Under the pieces are notes generated by a model, which saw only the letters and a program-made list of their open reading frames with translations, was not told the DNA's origin and searched no databases. Position numbers and translations under genes: made by a program. Positions 1 to 6,666 of a stretch of DNA of 19,502 nucleotides are shown here, in pieces. Position 1 is the stretch's first letter, and the number at the start of each line of letters is the position of its first letter. The DNA comes from Nanohaloarchaea archaeon B1-Br10_U2g1 (GTDB lineage: Archaea; Nanohalarchaeota; Nanosalinia; Nanosalinales; Nanosalinaceae). The stretch is from assembly GCA_001563875.1 (NCBI GenBank), contig LKMN01000013.1, forward strand, positions 1 through 19,502, given 5' to 3'.

Positions 1-2
1 TA

Positions 3-320
3 ATGGTATCTGAGGAAAAGGTCTGGGAGCAGCTGGAAGAAGTTATAGATCCTGAACTAAACATTAACATTGTCGACCTTGGACTAATATACGAAGTTGA
101 TGTTGATGGTTCAGACGTGTTCATACTTATGACGTTAACAACTCCCGGCTGTCCTTTACACGGAGTGTTTGACGAGCTCGTGAAGAGAGAGGTCAGGAAG
201 GCGGAAGGAGTAGAGAAAATTGATGTAGAGCTTACTTTCGAGCCACGTTGGACGCCCGAGAAAATGTCTGATAAAGGTCAGAACCAGCTTGGTAATGTAC
301 CCGGAATGGACTTGTTCTAA
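3..320 (+). CDS. Metal-sulfur cluster assembly factor, DUF59/MIP18 (SufT/PaaD-like) family
   Basis: Family motifs VIDPELNINIVDLGLIY, MTLTTPGCP (conserved Cys) and FEPRWTPEKMS. Confidence 0.93.
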   Translation: MVSEEKVWEQLEEVIDPELNINIVDLGLIYEVDVDGSDVFILMTLTTPGCPLHGVFDELVKREVRKAEGVEKIDVELTFEPRWTPEKMSDKGQNQLGNVPGMDLF

Positions 321-376
321 CCATTGTTCCGGACCCTGTTAACTGTTATTAAGGTCTGAGATACAGCGTTTAAGGA

Positions 377-589
377 ATGGACTCCGAATGGATTCTACTA
401 GATGACTCAAACCGGCTGAGACTTTCTGAAGCCGGCAGCCAGAAAGAAGCTATAAGAGAGGCCTTAAGGCAAGGTATACGCCCAAGTAATACGAACCAGG
501 TCAGGCCTAGGGTTGCCAGATGGGATAGCGACAACAGACTGATGTCTACATCAGAGCTCATGGACTATATTGAAGAAATAACTCAGTAA
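377..589 (+). CDS. Hypothetical protein (70 aa)
   Basis: ATG ORF filling the gap after the DUF59 gene, with TATA-like ttattaag about 25 nt upstream; no recognised motif. Confidence 0.65.
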   Translation: MDSEWILLDDSNRLRLSEAGSQKEAIREALRQGIRPSNTNQVRPRVARWDSDNRLMSTSELMDYIEEITQ

Positions 590-757
590 GCTTTTCCAAC
601 ATTTTAAGACAATTTAAGACTCTTAAAAGCTATAACATCACATAAAGTATGTCTTTATAGATTATAGCGATACAAAAACACATATATCAGTCTATAAACA
701 GCATTTTACCACATACTTTATAAAATCATTCAACCTATTCACAAACTGCAAAGGAAG

Positions 758-967
758 GTGGCACTACAGATGTGGAAAAGAATCGAGTCCGAAGAACACG
801 ACGAAAGACCCCGTAAATGGGAGCACAAAGATACAGGAGATACCGTCAAAGTCGAGAGATACGTCAACGATACCTGGGACACAAAACACAATGACAGACT
901 GATAGAAAACTTTGATACAGTAGAAGAAGCACTTGAAAGAGGTAAAAAACTAATTGGAGAAAGCTAA
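758..967 (+). CDS. Hypothetical small acidic protein (69 aa)
   Basis: GTG start after purine-rich aaaggaag; TATA ctttataaaa at 716-725; acidic composition; resembles the C-terminal half of 8105..8515. Confidence 0.75.
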   Translation: MALQMWKRIESEEHDERPRKWEHKDTGDTVKVERYVNDTWDTKHNDRLIENFDTVEEALERGKKLIGES

Positions 968-1138
968 AGACAAACAAAAGAATCTAAACAGACAAAAAGC
1001 TAGCAAAATCTGAACGAAACAGAAGAAAAACACAAAGAGATGTTTCCCACTACATAGTTACCTAAAAAGCTCAAGTCCTGCTGTCTAACTAACTCTTCAG
1101 AACCAAAAACCCTGATAAGACCAAAGGAGGTAACAACA

Positions 1139-1270
1139 TTGTGCTACAGCTGTAACACCATGGAAATTGAACTAGAAGCATTAGACCAAGAAAAACTCCG
1201 GTCACCAACCCTGAAAGAATCAGTCTACCGTAAGGTAGAAGGAGATTCTAGCTCATTAGTAAAGGACTAG
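1139..1270 (+). CDS. Putative small protein with N-terminal CxxC (MCYSCNTMEIELEALDQEKLRSPTLKESVYRKVEGDSSSLVKD)
   Basis: Hand translation; GGAGGT (1126-1131) lies 7 nt before TTG at 1139; alternative ATG at 1160; stop TAG 1268-1270. Confidence 0.4.
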   Translation: MCYSCNTMEIELEALDQEKLRSPTLKESVYRKVEGDSSSLVKD

Positions 1271-1589
1271 GAGAAGTTACTACTCCAGAAAAAATGTCCT
1301 CTCAGAACCTTCAGCGATACTAATGAGAAAAGGATCTAAATCACTGAAAGCGCCAGTCTTACAGAAACCGATATAGAACAGCCTCCCCGACTCAAAACCA
1401 ATTTAAAACCTGAAAGATTGAAACTAGTCCTTTCAACATAAAAAAGACTTATCGAAACAGATCTCAAGACAGAGACAACATCTCAACACCACAAATAACA
1501 TACAACCAAATAAAAACGTATTAGAACCTACATAACCCTTGAAAACAATTTTTTCCTGTACAGTTCTCAGAGACTAAACCGATATGTTC

Positions 1590-1597
1590 TATATAAA
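1590..1597 (+). promoter_or_regulatory. TATA box for the cold-shock gene
   Basis: tatataaa about 45 nt upstream of the ATG at 1643, followed by a short leader carrying SD GGAGGTG (1627-1633). Confidence 0.6.
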
Positions 1598-1642
1598 GCT
1601 GTGGACTCAATAGTTGTAATACAGAAGGAGGTGTTTTATTTT

Positions 1643-1834
1643 ATGAAAGGTACTGTGAAGTTCTTCCACGATCAGAAGAACTATGGTTTTATCGAGACTG
1701 AAGAGATGGACGAAGATGTTTTCTTCCACGTCAGCGAACTCGATACCGATTCTATATCGGAGGATACTGAAGTCGAATTCGAGACAGAAGAAGGCGACAG
1801 AGGTCCAAAAGCTGTAGACGTAGAACAGGTTTAA
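1643..1834 (+). CDS. cspA: Cold-shock domain protein (63 aa)
   Basis: MKGTVKFF, RNP1 KNYGFI, RNP2 VFFHVS and C-terminal GDRGPKAVDV; the real start is the ATG at 1643 (SD GGAGGTG), not the GTG at 1601. Confidence 0.96.
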   Translation: MKGTVKFFHDQKNYGFIETEEMDEDVFFHVSELDTDSISEDTEVEFETEEGDRGPKAVDVEQV

Positions 1835-1842
1835 AATAGGTT

Positions 1843-1862
1843 CTCTCATTCGAGAGTTTCTT
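1843..1862 (+). terminator. Possible terminator after the csp gene
   Basis: Short hairpin ctctc-attc-gagag followed by tttctt; further T-rich tracts to about 1915. Confidence 0.3.
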
Positions 1863-1955
1863 GAAGACCAGTTCCAAAAATTTTCTTTATCATATATTAT
1901 TTATTCTCTTCCTTCAATCGGAAACCCAGTTAAAGCTCGAACAATCAGTTTATCC

Positions 1956-3185
1956 GTGCCGATGATTAGCTTTCTGAAAAACCTGTTTGAACCAGAGAAA
2001 GATATAGAGATCAATTACAAAGAAGCCGAACAGTTCTACAGAGACCAAGAATCAGACCAGATAGAAAAGACTGTAGAAAAGGCAGAGCTACTTACAGAAA
2101 AGACCTCTGAAATAGTTTCTGATATAGAGTCGGAGATAGAAGCCCTACAAGGTTATAAGGACAGGCAAAACATACAGGCTGTCGAAGATGTTGCAGAAAA
2201 CTTTTTCAAATCACGTAAAAAGATACTAGATAGTTTTCAGCCCTCCGGAAAAGTAAGAGAGCATAGAGACGACCTCGAGCAGTTTCTCTCGGAGTTCGAG
2301 GACACATCAAGGAAACAGGCCGCAGTAATGAAAAGAGCGCAAGACGAGTTCAACCCATTCTTCAAGACCGTGGAGGATCTTAATACGCATCTACAAGAGG
2401 TAGAGGATTTTCTTGAAGAAGAGTACAATACAGTAGATAGACTGAATCATTTGAACAAGCTTTCAACAGAGATAGAAGACTGTGAAAAACAGATAGATAA
2501 CTTGAGGAAAGATATCAAGGAGACCAAGCCCAGTAAGATAGAAGAGGATATTAAGAACCAGGAAGAGAAGCTGAACCGGCTGAAGAATAGTAGCGACTGG
2601 ACCGAAAAAGAACGGCTCGAAGATGAAAAGAACAATATTGTCAAGGAGAAGAAGTCATTGAGAAACCAGCTTTCTCGAAATATCTCGAAAATCGATAGAG
2701 GGATTAAAAAAATCATCTATGCGGTCGAAAACCAAGGCAAGGAGTTCGAACAAGATCTGGAGGAGTTGAAGGATCTAAGACAGAAAAATTTTGATTCTGT
2801 TAGCAGCCCGAAGTCCGTGCTTAGAGAGGCGGTAGACGTTATTGAGGACGAAAACCTTTTGGACGAGACCCAGAAGGAAAAGTTCATAGATTCAGTAGAG
2901 AAGTTTGAGACATTCGAATCAGATCTAGAAAAAATTGAGGATTATGAAAGAAAGAAGAAGGAGTTGGAAGAAAAGCTCGAAAACCTCCGTATAGAGGAAA
3001 AAGTCCATGATGCCAACAAAGAGATCAAGAAGCTGAAGAGGAAACATATCGAGGCAGTTGAAGAAGTTGAAGAGAAGGAGAAAGAGATAGAAAAGCAGAA
3101 AAAGCAGAAGGCAGATATCTTGGATCAACTAGAGAACTCCTTAAACAAGTCTTTTAAACACAATATTTCTCTGAAACAGACATGA
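1956..3185 (+). CDS. Long coiled-coil protein with N-terminal amphipathic helix (start GTG 1956 or ATG 1962)
   Basis: E/K/L-rich heptad pattern throughout; N-terminal MISFLKNLF; no Walker A motif, so not a complete SMC/Rad50. Confidence 0.85.
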   Translation: MPMISFLKNLFEPEKDIEINYKEAEQFYRDQESDQIEKTVEKAELLTEKTSEIVSDIESEIEALQGYKDRQNIQAVEDVAENFFKSRKKILDSFQPSGKVREHRDDLEQFLSEFEDTSRKQAAVMKRAQDEFNPFFKTVEDLNTHLQEVEDFLEEEYNTVDRLNHLNKLSTEIEDCEKQIDNLRKDIKETKPSKIEEDIKNQEEKLNRLKNSSDWTEKERLEDEKNNIVKEKKSLRNQLSRNISKIDRGIKKIIYAVENQGKEFEQDLEELKDLRQKNFDSVSSPKSVLREAVDVIEDENLLDETQKEKFIDSVEKFETFESDLEKIEDYERKKKELEEKLENLRIEEKVHDANKEIKKLKRKHIEAVEEVEEKEKEIEKQKKQKADILDQLENSLNKSFKHNISLKQT

Positions 3186-3389
3186 GGAAAACCATCCGAG
3201 CACTAGTTTAGCTAGATATTTAAAGATTCAGCATATATTATCGACCACAGAAGGTTTCAATACCTTTTGGCGAAATCTCAATTGTTTTATAACTCTATAG
3301 AAGGCACAGATTTAAGATTAACGGTTCTAAAAATTATATCTTTAAATTAAACTAAAAGAATATATGTAAACCGAGAGGGGGATACCTTA

Positions 3390-3515
3390 ATGTCTACAGA
3401 AGCTGCAAAGCTTGGACAGTGCATAATATGTGGAGATAGAGTGTACAGAGAGGGAAAGCATATTACCTCTACTGAAGGCTACTGCCACAATATATGTCTA
3501 AAAGATACTGCCTAG
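3390..3515 (+). CDS. Small zinc-finger protein, 41 aa, CxxC-x18-HxxC (absent from ORF track)
   Basis: Hand translation MSTEAAKLGQCIICGDRVYREGKHITSTEGYCHNICLKDTA*; SD-like gaggggga upstream; AT-rich promoter region 3340-3370. Confidence 0.8.
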   Translation: MSTEAAKLGQCIICGDRVYREGKHITSTEGYCHNICLKDTA

Positions 3516-3572
3516 ACAGAGGGTAAAATAAGGTCTGAGAGACTTTAAAACAGTTGTTTGAGAATTGAGTAT

Positions 3573-3752
3573 ATGCGAGAAGAGGTTCTGGAAAACAAGA
3601 AGGTGTTTGCAGCCATAGCAGTTATTTTGGGTTTCTGGCTAGCTACTCCAGCTCTCTTACAGCATTTTTACGGCTTATCAGCTCCTTTAACTGCTTTCTC
3701 AATAGCTATAATCTATCTCGTTGTTTTCAAAGTCTACCAGTTCGTCTCTTAG
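3573..3752 (+). CDS. Small two-TM membrane protein (59 aa)
   Basis: Two hydrophobic stretches; TTTAAA at 3544-3549 sits 23 nt before ATG 3573, favouring this start over TTG 3558. Confidence 0.75.
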   Translation: MREEVLENKKVFAAIAVILGFWLATPALLQHFYGLSAPLTAFSIAIIYLVVFKVYQFVS

Positions 3753-4126
3753 AGCTGTTGTATCCTGTAAATTGTTAGACTGTTTTCCGAGTTATGGACA
3801 TAGTTGAAGTAAATCCTATAGCTTTCCTGGCCAAGCGTTACGACCTGAGATTCTCTGTGCTCGCCTTCCTCAAGATCTATATCGATAGTTGGAGCATCTT
3901 CTCTTTCGATAAATGCTTGAGATGTCCAAGGTTCAAAAAAGAAGTTTACTTCTTTCCCATCGAAGTTTACTGTCTGGTTGTATTCCTGTTCATTCAGAGT
4001 GATATTCGTATCTGAAGAGTACAGAGAACTCTCTTGTACGCTGAAAACCTCTAAACCGGCTATAAAACCTAGTGAGGCTGCCAGTATTATAGTTGAAATC
4101 CCTACAAAAACGGTCTGTCGCTCCAT
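3749..4126 (-). CDS. Hypothetical membrane-anchored or secreted protein
   Basis: N-terminal hydrophobic helix VFVGISTIILAASLGFIAGL followed by an acidic, beta-rich domain. Confidence 0.8.
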   Translation of the reverse strand: MERQTVFVGISTIILAASLGFIAGLEVFSVQESSLYSSDTNITLNEQEYNQTVNFDGKEVNFFFEPWTSQAFIEREDAPTIDIDLEEGEHRESQVVTLGQESYRIYFNYVHNSENSLTIYRIQQL

Positions 4127-4157
4127 AGTTCTGTAAAGTAGATAAATCTTTTACATC

Positions 4158-4793
4158 TTAACTTTTGTCTGTATACTCCTCCAGTATATCTGGGAACTCT
4201 CTGCCTCTTATCTGTCTGAGACCGAAGTCTTCCGCCCAGTTGAGAACTCCATTGTCTTCCGTGACCACTGTAGCATCCATCTCTTTAGCGAGTAGTAAGA
4301 GATCTAGATCTTCTCGAGAGTCTACAATACCTTTTCTCAGTGCTTCCTTGTAATCGTCTCTGAGATCTGATATAGCCACATCAGATTTTGAGTAGTATTC
4401 TTCCTCCGGCTCTTCTTCCATCTCTTCAAGTTCTCTTAAAGCCTTTTCCGATAGTCTGAGTCCTCTGTCAACTCTTTTTCTCATCTCTTCAACGAAGTCG
4501 TGCATTATCTCCCCGGAGACCTTTACTTCGTAACGGGTTGGAGATTTCTTGACTATCCATGTTTTCAGCTTGTCTTCGGTCTCCTGTTCTATCTTTCCGT
4601 CAAGTATTTCCATAAGCTCGTTGTATGTGGATGGAGGCATATAGCAGACTATATCTTTTCTGTCGGCCCGTTCTATAAGATCTATCAGACGGTCAACCGT
4701 GTTTTCAACAGGCTCGTTATCTTTCCTTATATGCTGGGTTAGGAATAACGAGGTGTCTACTACGAAGCTGTCTCGAAAGTTTTTCTCAGCCAT
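4158..4793 (-). CDS. RNA-free ribonuclease P (HARP; PIN-like, 'RNA ligase partner' MJ0950/Aq880 family)
   Basis: FVVDTSLF, YMPPS, KKSPTRYEV, MRKRVDRGLR, LRDDYKEALRKGIVDSREDLDLLLLAKE and VVTEDNG..WAE..GLR match HARP; ATG at 4793 preferred over GTG 4811. Confidence 0.9.
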   Translation of the reverse strand: MAEKNFRDSFVVDTSLFLTQHIRKDNEPVENTVDRLIDLIERADRKDIVCYMPPSTYNELMEILDGKIEQETEDKLKTWIVKKSPTRYEVKVSGEIMHDFVEEMRKRVDRGLRLSEKALRELEEMEEEPEEEYYSKSDVAISDLRDDYKEALRKGIVDSREDLDLLLLAKEMDATVVTEDNGVLNWAEDFGLRQIRGREFPDILEEYTDKS

Positions 4794-4826
4794 GGAAACG
4801 TTGTGGCCCACAAACTAATTTAGTGT

Positions 4827-5774
4827 TTACTGTTGAAGGTTTTGAGGTGCTTCTACATCTGTATCTTCTACTATATCTCGACCTCTTTCACGTACTGTGA
4901 CAGTGGTTACATTTAAGATGTCGGAGATCTCTCTCAGCGATCTTTCCTCTCCTTCATGGAACGCAGCTATATAGACAGATGCTGCAGCGATACCTTTTGA
5001 GGACTTACCAGAAATAGTTTCCTCGCTCGTCCTCTCTACTATTTCTCTGGCTTTTATAGCAGCTTCAGGAGTCAAACCGAGTTTGGCACAGAATCTTTCT
5101 ATATACTGTTCGGGTGGCGGAGGAACGATACGCAGATCTAGTTCACGTGCAATATACCGGTAGGCCTTTCCCACATCTCTTTTTTTCTCCCTCACTGTCT
5201 CCGATATCTCATCCAGAGTTCTAGGCTCCTGTTTTTCTCTCGCCGTGATGTATACTATGCCGCCAAGCACCGCGTTGAAGCTTCTGCCCGATAAAAGGTC
5301 TTTATCTCTGGCTTCTTCCAGTACTTGTTCCGATCTTTGTTGAACGTCTTTGGATAGATCCAGTTCGGTTACAGCTCTTTGAAGCTCTGTTAGTTCGTAG
5401 TATGATCGGTCTTTAACTTCAGGAAGCCATCTCTCAACCCCCTCATAGTCCGGCATAGTTATCGCTATAAGGAATATTCCTAAAGCGGTTACCGGTATTG
5501 AAAGACCTAGTAAAACCGCTGCCGCCACTAAAAGCTCTGAACTCACCGAGCAGTCTCTAAAGTCTTTATATAGAAGGTTAAATGTCAGAACAGATAGAAC
5601 AGGTAGAGCGAGTAGGGCTATGTACAGAGGCTGTTCGAGTAGCTCTACAGGTGTAAAGGCATGGTTCATCCCAGATACGGCTCCGATAAAAAGTCCAAAA
5701 AGTATGAAGACGGTACCATAGACGACACAGTTTAGACCTATATTTCTCCAAGCTGCTCTTTTACCGTAACTCAT
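4827..5774 (-). CDS. tfb: Transcription initiation factor IIB (TFB) core fused to an N-terminal multi-pass membrane domain; lacks the Zn ribbon
   Basis: Two cyclin repeats: GRS..VYITARE..EPRTLDEI..VGKAYRYIAREL and YIERFCAKLGL..SGKSSKGIAAASVYIAA..LREIS..VTTVTVRER. Residues about 12-106 form three hydrophobic segments; no CxxC...CxxC. Confidence 0.88.
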   Translation of the reverse strand: MSYGKRAAWRNIGLNCVVYGTVFILFGLFIGAVSGMNHAFTPVELLEQPLYIALLALPVLSVLTFNLLYKDFRDCSVSSELLVAAAVLLGLSIPVTALGIFLIAITMPDYEGVERWLPEVKDRSYYELTELQRAVTELDLSKDVQQRSEQVLEEARDKDLLSGRSFNAVLGGIVYITAREKQEPRTLDEISETVREKKRDVGKAYRYIARELDLRIVPPPPEQYIERFCAKLGLTPEAAIKAREIVERTSEETISGKSSKGIAAASVYIAAFHEGEERSLREISDILNVTTVTVRERGRDIVEDTDVEAPQNLQQ

Positions 5775-5885
5775 TTTCTTACACCTTTAGAACTGTTTTC
5801 AAAGCTTTTAACCACTATTTGTATTAGACAACAATCTTGTAGTCGAACGCTAAAGTTATTACTGAGGTTCGTAAATACCGTCTCT

Positions 5886-6611
5886 ATGGAAGGAAAAGTC
5901 GTTTTCATAACCGGAGGTTCAACAGGTATTGGAAAATCAACAGCAGAAAAGTTCTCTGAAAAAGGTGCAGAAGTAGTAATAGGAGATATAAACAAAGAAA
6001 AAGGCCAGGAAACAGCAGAAGAGATTGGAGCAGAGTTTAAAGAATGTGATGTAGCGGACTGGGAAAGCGTGAAGTTCGTTGTAGACAGTATTGTCGAAGA
6101 ATACGGCAGGCTTGACGTCGTGGTCAACAACGCCGGTATAGGATCAACGTCAACCATAGAAGAGATGGATAAAGAAGAGTGGGAAAAAATCATAGCTGTC
6201 GATCTGGACGGCGTGATGCACGGTACAAAAGCCGCGGCACCTCATCTAAAAGAGACTGAAGGATGCGTAATAAACACCGCATCTATATACGGACTCGTAG
6301 GAGACGTAGGAGCTACCGCATACAACGCAGCTAAGGGAGGCGTGGTAAACTTTACACGTTCTGTAGCGAACGACCTAGCAGAACACAACGTTAGAGTCAA
6401 CTCCATCTGCCCCGGATTCATTGACACACCTCTGATACAGGAGGCTATGGACGATGAAGACTTCAAGAACCACGTTCTCGGAGAAACACCTTTAGGGAGA
6501 GTTGCAGAGCCAGAAGAGGTAGCTGAAGTCATGGTCTTCCTTGCATCTGATAAAGCATCCTACATAACAGGAGCCAACATCCCTGTGGACGGTGGCTGGA
6601 CAAGCCACTGA
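5886..6611 (+). CDS. Classical short-chain dehydrogenase/reductase (FabG/glucose-1-dehydrogenase-like)
   Basis: TGGSTGIG Rossmann motif, NNAG, catalytic S...YNAAK, PGFIDTP, YITGANIPVDGG. Confidence 0.96.
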   Translation: MEGKVVFITGGSTGIGKSTAEKFSEKGAEVVIGDINKEKGQETAEEIGAEFKECDVADWESVKFVVDSIVEEYGRLDVVVNNAGIGSTSTIEEMDKEEWEKIIAVDLDGVMHGTKAAAPHLKETEGCVINTASIYGLVGDVGATAYNAAKGGVVNFTRSVANDLAEHNVRVNSICPGFIDTPLIQEAMDDEDFKNHVLGETPLGRVAEPEEVAEVMVFLASDKASYITGANIPVDGGWTSH

Positions 6612-6666
6612 AAACTCCTCTTCTTCCCATACCGTTCTTTAAAACTTAATTTACCCAGTTTAGATA

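Noticed and set aside
370-561. 63-aa minus-strand ORF opposite 377..589
   Set aside because: Ser/Leu-rich and non-acidic; the plus-strand ORF has the promoter spacing and halophilic composition.
968-1600. Replication origin or CRISPR array in the long intergenic region
   Set aside because: No repeated ORB-like boxes, no adjacent orc1/cdc6 gene and no regularly spaced direct repeats were found.
1601-1642. N-terminal extension of the cold-shock ORF from GTG 1601
   Set aside because: The CSD begins at MKGTVK, and the SD GGAGGTG is positioned for ATG 1643; GTG 1601 lies immediately after the TATA box.
2237-3128. Three Ser/Phe/Leu-rich minus-strand ORFs
   Set aside because: Antisense shadows of the GAA/AAA-rich coiled-coil gene.
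1956-3185. SMC/Rad50/SbcC annotation for the coiled-coil protein
   Set aside because: No Walker A/B, signature motif or CxxC zinc hook.
4158-4793. VapC toxin of a toxin-antitoxin pair
   Set aside because: PIN-like, but the length and family-specific motifs match HARP, and there is no adjacent antitoxin-like gene.
5771-6532. Antisense ORFs of 140 aa and 96 aa over the SDR gene
   Set aside because: Typical stop-poor antisense frames of a conserved gene; Ser/Thr-rich with no motifs.
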